From positions 5,856 to 69,855 of the forward strand of contig JAJYWL010000001.1 of assembly GCA_021791545.1 (NCBI GenBank): DNA of 64,000 nt, in the 5' to 3' direction. The stretch's first letter is position 1, and each line of letters starts with the position of its first letter. The notes beneath the pieces were generated by a model that saw only the letters and a program-made list of their open reading frames with translations, did no database searches and was not told the origin of the DNA. This document shows positions 29,564-38,377 of the stretch, piece after piece. The position numbers and the translations under genes were made by a program. The stretch comes from a bacterium (GTDB lineage: Bacteria; Patescibacteriota; Microgenomatia; Levybacterales; UBA12049).

Positions 29564-30110
29564 CTTTTTGTCCTTTCTTTTCGGGAGAAATTAATATTAT
29601 TAATTTTCTTCCCTCAAGTCTTCTTTCCCTATCAACTTTTGATATGTCGGAAAGCATTGCTAAGGCTTTATCCAAAGTTTGGTGTCCAAATTCAGGATGA
29701 GTTATTTGTCTTCCCGAAAAGTAGACTACCAGTCTTACCTTATCTCCGCCTTCCAGGAACTCCCTTGCTCTTCTTATCATGGTCTCAAGGTCGTTCTCTC
29801 CCATGAAAGGTCCCAGTCTTACTTCTTTGGTTTCTGAAACCTTGGCTTTTCTTTTCTCTTCTCTATGTTTCTTTTCTTCCTGGTAAAGAAACTTTTTGTA
29901 GTCGATTATCTTTGCAACCGGCGGATTCGCCATGGGTGCTATCTCGACTAAGTCCAAGCCTTCGTTTCTTGCTAGATTAAGTGCTTCTAATCTTCCTAAA
30001 ACGTCAATCTGCTTCCCATCACTTCCTAAAACACGTAATTGGGGAGCAGATATTCTTTCGTTAACCCTGTAAAATTTTCTATTGTCCTGTCTCTTATGCT
30101 TTTTTATCAA
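29529..30110 (-). CDS. infC: Translation initiation factor IF-3
   Basis: VNERI, LDLVEIAP..PPVAKIIDY, KEVRL. Confidence 0.96.
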   Translation of the reverse strand: MIKKHKRQDNRKFYRVNERISAPQLRVLGSDGKQIDVLGRLEALNLARNEGLDLVEIAPMANPPVAKIIDYKKFLYQEEKKHREEKRKAKVSETKEVRLGPFMGENDLETMIRRAREFLEGGDKVRLVVYFSGRQITHPEFGHQTLDKALAMLSDISKVDRERRLEGRKLIILISPEKKGQKDVKEENQESSI

Positions 30111-31815
30111 TTTCTTGTTTAACCTTGTTAAGAAAATCGGAAACTTTTATCTTTCCCAAGTCCTCACCTTTTCTGGTTCGGACAGAAACAGACTCCTCAT
30201 CCGTTTCTTTCTTCCCTATTATACCTAAATATGGGACTTTTTGTAAAGTGGCGTCCCTGATCTTTGCTTGGAGCCTTTCGTTTCGTAAGTCTACGTCTAC
30301 TCTTACGCCATGTTCTCTTAGTTTTCCGGCCAGTTTTTCGGCATAATCATTTTGCTCATCGGTAATAGGAAGAAGAGCAACCTGAACAGGACTTATCCAA
30401 AGAGGAAAAGCACCGCCAAAGTTTTCGATCAAAATTCCTATGAATCTTTCAAGGGAACCGTATAGAACCCTATGTATGGCAATAGGAGTCTTTTCTTTCC
30501 CTTCCGAATCTGAGTATTTAAGATTAAACCTCATCGGCTGTTGAAAATCGAGTTGTAAAGTTCCTGTCTGCCATTTTCTTCCAAGAGAGTCTTTCATGAG
30601 TATATCTATCTTTGGTCCATAAAAAGCTCCTTCTCCCGCTTCTATCGTGTATTCTTTTCCGCTTTCCTTAAGTATTCTTTCCAATACTTCTTCGGCCTTA
30701 TCCCATACTTTTTCTTCTCCCATAAAATCTTTTGGTCTGGTCCCAAATCTGAAGGAATATTCGAGTTTGAAAATAGAATAAAATTTTTCAACCAGGGCAA
30801 AAAGTTTTTTAAATTCCCCTTCTATCTGATCTTCTTTTACAAATATATGTGCATCGTCTTGTCTAAATTCCCTTACCCTTAATAGTCCGTTCAATACTCC
30901 TGAAAGTTCATATCTATGAAGCGGATCTGTATCTGAGAATCTCAATGGGAGATCTCTATATGATCTGGTCTTGAATCCGAAGACTGTCATTGCGTTGGGA
31001 CAATTCATTGCTTTTACTCCGTAGACTTCATCTTTACCCATATCCGCAACAAACATATCTTGCCAATAATGGTCAAAGTGTCCTGATGTTACATAGAGCT
31101 GTTTCTTGTTAAGTATTGGAGTAATGACTTCCTGATATCCCTCTTCTTGATGTTCTTCTCTCCAGAATTTCAAAAGTTCGTTGTAAATAATTGTTCCCTT
31201 AGGAAGCCAATATGCCATGCCGGGTGAAGTTTCAGAAAAAAAGAATAATTCTAAAGCTGGTCCTAGCTTCTTGTGATCTCTTTTTTTTGCTTCTTCAAGC
31301 ATGTTGAGGTATTCATCAAGTTCCTTTTGGGAAGGAAAACAAGTTCCGTAGATTCTTGTCAACATCTTGTTCTTCTCGTCCCCTCTCCAATATGCACCTG
31401 CAAGGGATAAAAGTTTTAATGCTCCTATTTCTTCCGACGGGTTTTCCGAATGTCCTCCCCTGCAAAGGTCTTCGAAGTTTCCGGCTTTATATAAGGTTAT
31501 TTCTTCTCCTCTTTTTTCTATTTCATCGATAAGCTCAAGTTTATATGGATTATCTTTATATATTTCTTTGGCTTCTTTTGCATTTACTTCCCTTTTTGAA
31601 AATCCGTTCCAAGAAGGAAGAATTTTTCTCATTCTATCTTCAATTTTTGGTAAGTCTTCCTCTGATATGGGTTGAGTAAACTCAAGATCATAGTAAAATC
31701 CGTTTTCAATGGCAGGTCCAATTGTTAATTTTGTCTTGGGATAAAGTTCCATTACTGCCGCAGCAAGAAGGTGTGCGCAAGAGTGTCTTATGTTATCCAT
31801 TTTTCCTTTGTCCAT
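30094..31815 (-). CDS. thrS: Threonine--tRNA ligase (no TGS domain)
   Basis: RHSCAH, DLCRGGH, RDHKKLG, MNCP, FYGPKID, GSLERF. Confidence 0.97.
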   Translation of the reverse strand: MDKGKMDNIRHSCAHLLAAAVMELYPKTKLTIGPAIENGFYYDLEFTQPISEEDLPKIEDRMRKILPSWNGFSKREVNAKEAKEIYKDNPYKLELIDEIEKRGEEITLYKAGNFEDLCRGGHSENPSEEIGALKLLSLAGAYWRGDEKNKMLTRIYGTCFPSQKELDEYLNMLEEAKKRDHKKLGPALELFFFSETSPGMAYWLPKGTIIYNELLKFWREEHQEEGYQEVITPILNKKQLYVTSGHFDHYWQDMFVADMGKDEVYGVKAMNCPNAMTVFGFKTRSYRDLPLRFSDTDPLHRYELSGVLNGLLRVREFRQDDAHIFVKEDQIEGEFKKLFALVEKFYSIFKLEYSFRFGTRPKDFMGEEKVWDKAEEVLERILKESGKEYTIEAGEGAFYGPKIDILMKDSLGRKWQTGTLQLDFQQPMRFNLKYSDSEGKEKTPIAIHRVLYGSLERFIGILIENFGGAFPLWISPVQVALLPITDEQNDYAEKLAGKLREHGVRVDVDLRNERLQAKIRDATLQKVPYLGIIGKKETDEESVSVRTRKGEDLGKIKVSDFLNKVKQEIDKKA

Positions 31816-31854
31816 GAGTTGATTTTAGCAGAGAGTAATAATGAAGGCAATTAT

Positions 31855-32106
31855 TTACTTACTGGAGGGAGTTACATCATAATTTTTACCGGCATAATGA
31901 TTTAAAGCCTCAAAAATTGTTGCTTCTGGTTTCAATGCTCTTACCTCAAGTATTCTTTTTGGTATATCAGGACCAAGATCAGCAGTCATTTGATCAATAA
32001 ATCTTTGCTCAGACTGTCTTTTCTCTTCGATTTCTTCTGGGCTTAAAGGCCTAGGAAAACGAATAAGTTTCCCTTCAGGGAATTCTCGTTCACGTATTGC
32101 TACCAT
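31855..32106 (-). CDS. Hypothetical protein
   Basis: 83-aa ORF, co-oriented with its neighbours. Confidence 0.6.
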   Translation of the reverse strand: MVAIREREFPEGKLIRFPRPLSPEEIEEKRQSEQRFIDQMTADLGPDIPKRILEVRALKPEATIFEALNHYAGKNYDVTPSSK

Positions 32107-32109
32107 ATA

Positions 32110-32334
32110 CTACTTAATTAATAAATTCGGATTTTTACTGACGACAAATTCAATTACTCCTGCCACGAAATTTCCTACAAAAGGAATAAGGTTTACGTTT
32201 TTAAGAAGTAGAGTAAGTAGTGCGATGATTAAGGAAAGACCAACTGTTGCTCCAAGTGCCCATGCTATACCGCCGATAAAATTATTTACAAATATCTTTT
32301 TCCTTGGGAGAGAATTAGATTCGTATTTTTCCAT
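32110..32334 (-). CDS. Small membrane protein (DUF5665-like)
   Basis: NNFIGGIAWALGATVG motif; family number from memory. Confidence 0.65.
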   Translation of the reverse strand: MEKYESNSLPRKKIFVNNFIGGIAWALGATVGLSLIIALLTLLLKNVNLIPFVGNFVAGVIEFVVSKNPNLLIK

Positions 32335-32397
32335 TCAGAAATAAATTCCTAAGAAAAGAATAGAAGAACCAAATAGTTGTGTCAATAGGAGTTTATG

Positions 32398-32970
32398 TTA
32401 TAAGCTGAGGTCTGAGGAGATCTGTTGCATTGCAAAAAGAGAGATATCAATAAAATTCTTAAGGGGTATTCCAAGCTTTTCTTCGCACATTTCAATCTGA
32501 TCTCTACTTGCTCCTTTCGCAAATGATTTTTCGTTAAACCTATTAAGAATGAAGTCTGTATTTAGAGAAGAAAGTTTTTTGTCCGGATGTACAAGAGCGG
32601 CCGCTATTATCAGTCCTGTAAGTTCGTCTGCGCAATAAATGCTCCAGTCCATTTTTGATTTAGGTTCTACTCGGTTGTTTTTCCAATTATGTGACTTTAT
32701 TGCGTAGACAACTTCGGGTGGCAATTGACCTCCCAATTTTTCTTCAAGGACCAGTGTATGTTTTTCTGGATTATCTTTTGTCAGTTCATAATCAGCGTCA
32801 TGAAGAAGGCCAACCAGTCCCCACTTCCCCTCCTCTATTGAGTTTTCAGATTGAGGATTAAAGTATCTATAAAGATTAATCATTACCGCTTCACAAGCAA
32901 GATGATGCTTTATAAGATTTTCGTTTTTAATGAGGTCCTTCAATTTTTGAAGTGCTTCTTCTCTTGTCAT
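32398..32970 (-). CDS. HD-domain phosphohydrolase
   Basis: LIKHH, GLLHDADYE, ADELTGLI, FAKGASR. Confidence 0.88.
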   Translation of the reverse strand: MTREEALQKLKDLIKNENLIKHHLACEAVMINLYRYFNPQSENSIEEGKWGLVGLLHDADYELTKDNPEKHTLVLEEKLGGQLPPEVVYAIKSHNWKNNRVEPKSKMDWSIYCADELTGLIIAAALVHPDKKLSSLNTDFILNRFNEKSFAKGASRDQIEMCEEKLGIPLKNFIDISLFAMQQISSDLSL

Positions 32971-33040
32971 AACTATTAATCTATTCTGAATAGAAACAGT
33001 ATAACATTTCTAAATAAGAGGTGCTAAGAATATTGATGGA

Positions 33041-33331
33041 TTAAAATTTGCCTTGTGTAATTCTTCTGCCCGCAATCATTAAAGCTCCTGCTCCAGTTAT
33101 TGCAGCACCAGCCGCTATATAATCAGGAGTTCTACCTTCGGCTACAAATAATGCGGTGTTTAAAGCTCCAAAAGTTGTTATGCCTCTACCCATCCAAGGA
33201 TTTTTAAAGTAAGCATTTTCAGTAGAACGACTAATATGATCTAGTGATGAGCTAAAAATTCTTCTAGCAGAAATTCTCCTCAAGGTACGAGTAGAATCGC
33301 TTTCATTATTAACTGGTTCTCTTTCTGTCAT
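33041..33331 (-). CDS. Hypothetical membrane protein
   Basis: 96 aa with Gly/Ala hydrophobic segments; TTGACA-type promoter upstream. Confidence 0.6.
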   Translation of the reverse strand: MTEREPVNNESDSTRTLRRISARRIFSSSLDHISRSTENAYFKNPWMGRGITTFGALNTALFVAEGRTPDYIAAGAAITGAGALMIAGRRITQGKF

Positions 33332-33385
33332 AGTTCTGAAGTGTAGCAGGTTGATATGGTAATGTCAACTATAGGACGTTTATTA

Positions 33386-33462
33386 TGGTGGGCCCGAGAA
33401 GAGTCGAACTTCTGACCTTTGCAATGTCAATGCAACGCTCTAACCAACTGAGCTACGAGCCC
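33386..33462 (-). tRNA. tRNA-Val(GAC)
   Basis: Reverse complement GGGCTCG...TTGCA-TTGACAT-TGCAA...TTCGACT...CGGGCCC-A-CCA. Confidence 0.96.
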
Positions 33463-33547
33463 TCGTCGAGTGCAATTTCGCACTCTCCTTTTCAAAAAGA
33501 AAAAAGGATGAAGACGATTGTATTTTACCAGAATAAAGTAATAAGTT

Positions 33548-33748
33548 CTACATGCGTACGCTAAGTTGATATTCTGCTCCTGGTGCCATGACTACTTCAG
33601 AGGAATAAGGATCCCTATATTCTTCTCTGTTAGGGTCTCCGAATTCTCTTATTAAACGTCTTGTCATAGCAGCGCTTTCTCTTTCCCTTTTTGCTTCCTC
33701 GCTTTCGTAAGCTGCTTTTTCCTGTTCCACTCTTTGTTCTGTTTCCAT
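33548..33748 (-). CDS. Hypothetical protein, third gene of the attenuated operon
   Basis: 66 aa, strong AAGGAGGTGA SD. Confidence 0.7.
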   Translation of the reverse strand: METEQRVEQEKAAYESEEAKRERESAAMTRRLIREFGDPNREEYRDPYSSEVVMAPGAEYQLSVRM

Positions 33749-33788
33749 ATTAATTTCACCTCCTTTGTTTGAAAATATTGATAGTCAG

Positions 33789-34256
33789 TTAATGTCTTCG
33801 CCTTCTATCACCATCTCCTGTTAACCCCAGTACTTTTTCTACCTTGCCTTCATCTCTTAGTCTAGATTTAGCAAGTACAGTAATTAGGGGTGTTCCGAGA
33901 TGTTCTCCTCGATGGTAATAAATAACTAGGCCTCTGGGATCATAAGGTTCTCCTGCAGAGAGCCTGTTTATACCAGCTCTTTTTGCTCCATCACCGTTTA
34001 ATATTGACTCTATTTCTACAGCAATGGCTTTATTTCCTCTTTTACTTTCTTCTTCGTTTAATCCTTGGGCAAGTTCTAATGCCACATTGTTACTTTGAAT
34101 AGCGGATCCTATAAAACATGGTCTTCCATGATCGGGAAAATTCGCTACCCTCATATCAAATTGTTTTCCTTTTGCAAGCCATGGCACAGTATTTCCATCT
34201 ACTCTTACTGTTTTGTCCGTTGATCTTGTTTCTGTCGAACGTTCTGTTGTTCCCAT
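33789..34256 (-). CDS. Hypothetical protein, second gene of the attenuated operon
   Basis: 155 aa, strong AAGGAGGTGA SD. Confidence 0.75.
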   Translation of the reverse strand: MGTTERSTETRSTDKTVRVDGNTVPWLAKGKQFDMRVANFPDHGRPCFIGSAIQSNNVALELAQGLNEEESKRGNKAIAVEIESILNGDGAKRAGINRLSAGEPYDPRGLVIYYHRGEHLGTPLITVLAKSRLRDEGKVEKVLGLTGDGDRRRRH

Positions 34257-34271
34257 AATTCACCTCCTTTT

Positions 34272-34754
34272 TTAAACTCCGTTATAACTGTCATTTATTT
34301 GATCAATGATTTCGGTTTTGGGTGGAGGTTGAAAAATAATCCTGTCTGCTCTGTCAATTTCTCCATGTTGTGCTAGTTCTTCTCTGAGAGAAAATATTGC
34401 TTTGTTTCTCAAATTTGCCAACAATTTTGAATCTGTTATTGTTCCTCCCTTTACCGGAACTTCTGTTCCGTCATCTTTTTCTTCCCATGCAGTAAAAGGA
34501 AGAGTGGGATCGGTTTCGACAATTCTAGTGAGAGTATCTACTCTATCTGCCAGAAACCAGTCCTCATTTAGCTTTCTTTCTAAAAGATAAGAAGGATAGG
34601 AAGGATCTATTGCATGATATGTGGGAACATGATCCCATTCATATACAACCATTTCTCCTCTTGACCCTTCTCTTTGCGGAGGGACTGTATGCTCAGCATC
34701 TACTATTCTTGCTTTGTTATGTATTAAATAACCATAATCTATTTCTTTACTCAT
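34272..34754 (-). CDS. Hypothetical protein, first gene of the attenuated operon
   Basis: 160 aa, starts just after the leader terminator. Confidence 0.75.
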   Translation of the reverse strand: MSKEIDYGYLIHNKARIVDAEHTVPPQREGSRGEMVVYEWDHVPTYHAIDPSYPSYLLERKLNEDWFLADRVDTLTRIVETDPTLPFTAWEEKDDGTEVPVKGGTITDSKLLANLRNKAIFSLREELAQHGEIDRADRIIFQPPPKTEIIDQINDSYNGV

Positions 34755-34767
34755 AATTCAAAAACAT

Positions 34768-34921
34768 AAAAAAACCTCCCGTTTGGGAGGTCTAAAGTTC
34801 TTTCTTAGTTTAAAAACTACGAACCGGACCTCCCCATAAGGGAGTTAATAAGGTTCATAATGTTCTTAAACAATTGATTTAACACAAATGCTATTGTAGG
34901 AAGAATAGTTGAGCTTGTCAA
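34768..34921 (-). promoter_or_regulatory. Promoter and leader-peptide transcription attenuator
   Basis: TTGACA-N17-TACAAT; uORF 34885..34817; terminator ACCTCCC-AAAC-GGGAGGT plus T tract; competing GGGAGGTC inside the uORF. Confidence 0.75.
34817..34885 (-). CDS. Putative leader peptide MLNQLFKNIMNLINSLMGRSGS
   Basis: GTG 7 nt after the -10; alternative in-frame ATG at 34858. Confidence 0.6.
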   Translation of the reverse strand: MLNQLFKNIMNLINSLMGRSGS

Positions 34922-34940
34922 CGGTCAATCAATATATAGG

Positions 34941-35582
34941 TTATCCTGTCTGTGTAGCCGGAGTTCTCTCTCCGTTTAAAGTGAAGCTTGTTCCATGGCT
35001 TTTTGCCATGCTCCAGTAATCTTTTCTTGCCTTTTTGCTTGAAAAGACACTTAACCAAGATGCCGAATTTTCTACTTTCATTCTTGCGTTTCTGACAACA
35101 GACAACATCCATTCAAAGAAATTGAGATGATATTTGCCTGGATTTACCGGCATCTCATTAACAGTAACGTCTTTGAATTCAATCTCAAGTTCTTGGGAGC
35201 TCTTGGTGAGTCTTTGAAGTTCAATTATGATTTCTTGCATTTTGGCTTGAGTTTCCTGATGTTCACGCCTTGATGTCATTTGTTCACCATATAGAATTTC
35301 TCTTTGATAATCTATTCCCGGCATGATAGCTGGTTTTCTTTCTGCTTTTTCCTCTTTCTCGATCTTTTTCTTTCCTAAAGTAATAAATTCTCCTTGTTTG
35401 AGGTCTCCTTTTGATGGTTGTTCACCTTTGGTGTTTTCTCCAAGCATTTGTTTCCAAAGATCAGAGATCATTCCGTCAACGGCCTGGTCTTTTGCAGTCT
35501 TTTTTAAATCGGAGCCGAGGTCCCTTAAGGCTTCAATTTGATCAACGTAATTATGTGTTTTTTGGGTTTTTTTGCTATTCAT
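34941..35582 (-). CDS. Conserved CPR hypothetical protein (DUF5660-like)
   Basis: PGKYHLNFFE...SASWL...YWSMAKSHGTSF motifs; family number from memory. Confidence 0.7.
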   Translation of the reverse strand: MNSKKTQKTHNYVDQIEALRDLGSDLKKTAKDQAVDGMISDLWKQMLGENTKGEQPSKGDLKQGEFITLGKKKIEKEEKAERKPAIMPGIDYQREILYGEQMTSRREHQETQAKMQEIIIELQRLTKSSQELEIEFKDVTVNEMPVNPGKYHLNFFEWMLSVVRNARMKVENSASWLSVFSSKKARKDYWSMAKSHGTSFTLNGERTPATQTG

Positions 35583-35599
35583 AAAACGCTTTGCTTATA

Positions 35600-36427
35600 T
35601 CACAGATTCCTTAGGAAATCAAGCGTCTTCTGCTGTCTTATTATAACAGCAAGGAGGTTTTTATTGGTCATTAGATTTTGTCTTTCGGCTTCATTTGGGG
35701 CTTGTGTGATTGCCTCTTCTACTTCTTTATCTTCCGCAAAGATCTTTTCTTCGTCCGCAATCTTTTGAAGTGCAAATTCAAGTTTAAGATCGTTAGAGGC
35801 TTTTTGTGCATATTCTGCTCTTAAATCTTCTATGGTCCTCTTTGTAGAGGCAAGATATTGGTCAAGAGTAAGTCCGAGTCTTTTTATTTCATCAAGCATT
35901 TGAGAAAGAAGTCTGTCTACTTCGCCTTCTACTAATATTGCTGGAATTGTGATTTTTACTGTTTCCATAAGGATTTTGACTACTTCATCGAATCCTACTT
36001 GGGTTTGTTCTTTTCCGGGAACTGCAATTTTAGATTTAGCAGTAACTGTTTTAATCTTATCTTTATAGTCTCCCAACTCTATTTGTGGAGCTTCGCATGT
36101 TAATGCGGTGAATTCCCAGTCTTTTTCATCTTCGAGTTTGTCTACATGAATCTTGGGATTTATGATGGGATTTATTTTGTGCTCTTTTATGGCCTCTACA
36201 TAGCCCTGTGGGAGTATTCTTTTAAGTATTTCTTCTCTTAGTCTATCCGGATCAATTCTTTCTTCTACAAGCTTTTTAGGCGCCATTCCTTTTCTAAAGC
36301 CCGGAAGTTCGGCTTCTTTAACGAATGCCTCTAAAACCTCTTCCTTAACTTTTTTTACCGTTTCCCAAGGAACAGCTATTTTAAGCTCAATTGTATTATC
36401 TTCAAGTTTATTAATTGTTGATTTCAT
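35600..36427 (-). CDS. tig: Trigger factor lacking the FKBP domain
   Basis: LPGFRKGMAP ribosome-binding motif; only 275 aa. Confidence 0.9.
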   Translation of the reverse strand: MKSTINKLEDNTIELKIAVPWETVKKVKEEVLEAFVKEAELPGFRKGMAPKKLVEERIDPDRLREEILKRILPQGYVEAIKEHKINPIINPKIHVDKLEDEKDWEFTALTCEAPQIELGDYKDKIKTVTAKSKIAVPGKEQTQVGFDEVVKILMETVKITIPAILVEGEVDRLLSQMLDEIKRLGLTLDQYLASTKRTIEDLRAEYAQKASNDLKLEFALQKIADEEKIFAEDKEVEEAITQAPNEAERQNLMTNKNLLAVIIRQQKTLDFLRNL

Positions 36428-36438
36428 ATGTATCTTAG

Positions 36439-36522
36439 TGCCCAGGGGGAGACTCGAACTCCCAAACCCTTACGGGCAATAGGTCCTAAACCTATCGCGT
36501 CTGCCAATTTCGCCACCTGGGC
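36439..36522 (-). tRNA. tRNA-Leu(TAG)
   Basis: Reverse complement GCCCAGG...ATAGG-TTTAGGA-CCTAT, long variable arm, TTCGAGT, CCTGGGC-A. Confidence 0.96.
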
Positions 36523-36558
36523 GGTTGGCCCATAGCCAGTCCGAATATTATAGCGTAG

Positions 36559-37116
36559 TTATATCGAAAGGGAAAGGGTTTCTTTGGTATCGGTAAGCTC
36601 AAAAGCCCTTATCTTTTTAAGATAATATTCTACATGAGAAGCCCATGTAGGAGATGAAGCATATATAGACCCTATTTCATATATATCTTTAGCCTTCCAC
36701 TGATCGATATATCTTTCCCTAAGTCCCTGGGAAACAGTAGCTATTCCATCAGGCCATGATTTGAACCTGATTACATTGTCTCCATATACTCCCCAACCCC
36801 ATCCATTGTATGAGTCAGTGGGTATGGCCTGTCCAAAGGTAGATTCAACACCCGAGATAGCTGCAACAAGTCTCCAGTCAAGGTTATATTTGTCAGCCTG
36901 AACTATAAAATCATTTGCATAACCTGCAAGAGGTGAGTTCTGGCTTTCTAAGTATTCCTTTAAGACTTTTGCACGGTAATCCCTTTCCGCACTTATTTCG
37001 TTAGAAATAATGTTTGCAGATGATGCAGAAGCTTTTTGTTCTGCTAGGGAGTACTGAGGAATTACAGCGGATATTGCTGTAAGGAGTAGGAGAAAAGCAA
37101 AAATGTTTTTCTTCAT
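36559..37116 (-). CDS. Secreted glucosaminidase/lysozyme-fold protein
   Basis: Signal peptide; SPL..YA...ADKYNLDWRLVAAISGVES...NGWGWG. Confidence 0.75.
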   Translation of the reverse strand: MKKNIFAFLLLLTAISAVIPQYSLAEQKASASSANIISNEISAERDYRAKVLKEYLESQNSPLAGYANDFIVQADKYNLDWRLVAAISGVESTFGQAIPTDSYNGWGWGVYGDNVIRFKSWPDGIATVSQGLRERYIDQWKAKDIYEIGSIYASSPTWASHVEYYLKKIRAFELTDTKETLSLSI

Positions 37117-37143
37117 ACTTCTTCGTGGCTCCTTTAAAACCAC

Positions 37144-37226
37144 AAAAAAATCCTAACGTATGTATTTGGAAGGACATACCTTAGGATCTAGTTTGGGATT
37201 ATAGCAGAGAACTATAGGTTTGTCAA
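37144..37226 (-). promoter_or_regulatory. Promoter followed by a terminator-like leader hairpin
   Basis: TTGACA-N17-TATAAT, then ATCCTAA-G-GTATGT...ACATAC-G-TTAGGAT plus T tract. Confidence 0.65.
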
Positions 37227-37234
37227 GTACCTAA

Positions 37235-37816
37235 CTATAGGGCTGTTTTTAGTTCATCCATGAAGTAGTTTACTCCGTTTGCCCAGCTTCCGTTGCTGCC
37301 CGGGGTGTACTTTTTCATTATCTCCTCCGGAGTTTCTAATCCGTTTGCCTTATAGTTTTTCGAAAGAGTCTTTGTAACGGTATCAATTGCTTCCGGATAG
37401 TCTGTGAACATCGTTACTTTCTTGCCGTAGATACCGAATCCCCAACAGTTAAATGATCCCTTGATTTCTTTCTTGCAAAGATTTGATTCTTGCATCGCTA
37501 TGGCGGGAATCAGTCTGTAATCAAGACCATATTTGTCGGCAGCTTCTACTACATTTTCTGCATATGGCGTCAACGGTGAACCGTATTTCTGGAAGAAGCT
37601 TCTAACAATTGAAATTCTTGCGTCCTGAATCTGCGCAGAGGCGGCAAATGTATTTGCTCCTTCAGGCAAGGCTGCATACGCTACTGTAGAGTTTTTTAGG
37701 GAAAAGTTGGCGTCAGAGGCTTTTTGATAAGAGAGGAAGGAAAGATAGATGAGGCAGAAAGCAATCATCATCGGCGTTGTGAATAACACAGCTGCGGACA
37801 GAAAAAACTTTTTCAT
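37235..37816 (-). CDS. Membrane-anchored glucosaminidase/lysozyme-fold protein
   Basis: SPLTPYA...ADKYGLDYRLIPAIAMQES...NCWGFG; paralog of the neighbouring gene. Confidence 0.75.
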   Translation of the reverse strand: MKKFFLSAAVLFTTPMMIAFCLIYLSFLSYQKASDANFSLKNSTVAYAALPEGANTFAASAQIQDARISIVRSFFQKYGSPLTPYAENVVEAADKYGLDYRLIPAIAMQESNLCKKEIKGSFNCWGFGIYGKKVTMFTDYPEAIDTVTKTLSKNYKANGLETPEEIMKKYTPGSNGSWANGVNYFMDELKTAL

Positions 37817-37880
37817 TTATCTTGGACATATACTTACATTTTTTATAAAACTTGTCAAGTTTAGCTTGCCAAAAATTAAG

Positions 37881-37909
37881 CTAATTTGGCACCCGAAGGT
37901 GCCAATTAG
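37881..37909 (-). terminator. Hairpin at the end of the MacAB operon
   Basis: CTAATTGGCACC-TTCG-GGTGCCAAATTAG. Confidence 0.6.
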
Positions 37910-37930
37910 AAATATGGTTTTTAACCCTAT

Positions 37931-38377
37931 TTATGGAGTGGGAGTCGGTGAAATACCTCTTTGAAAAAGGTTTCCTCCAATTTGGATATCCTGAGCAGTT
38001 ATACTTCCATCAGAGTTAGATGTTCCTATAACCAAAACAGTATCTCCTGTTTTTACATCGCTTGAGCTTGCGGTTGCAGTTTTTACGTAAGTTGTGCTTG
38101 AAGTAAGATTGACGAGCTTGGTTGTTCCGTCGTTTAGTTTAATCGTCATACTATTTCCGTTTATATCTACAACCTGTCCCCTTCCTCCTCTTGCTCCATT
38201 GGGATTTCCGTTTCCAAATCTTCCGTTCATCATCCCTGTTCTCTGTTCTCCGTTTTGGAAAAAGGTTTGATTACCGGATCGGAAATTAGCTCCCTGGAAT
38301 TTAGAGCCTGCAAAAAAACCGGCTACCGCTGCCAGGATAACTATGATGAATACAGCAATCAGATTTCTTGAATTCAT
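37931..38377 (-). CDS. Membrane-anchored OB-fold protein (DUF5666-like)
   Basis: TM, Gly-rich linker, GQVVDI...DVKTGDTVLVIG...SITAQDI. Confidence 0.75.
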   Translation of the reverse strand: MNSRNLIAVFIIVILAAVAGFFAGSKFQGANFRSGNQTFFQNGEQRTGMMNGRFGNGNPNGARGGRGQVVDINGNSMTIKLNDGTTKLVNLTSSTTYVKTATASSSDVKTGDTVLVIGTSNSDGSITAQDIQIGGNLFQRGISPTPTP

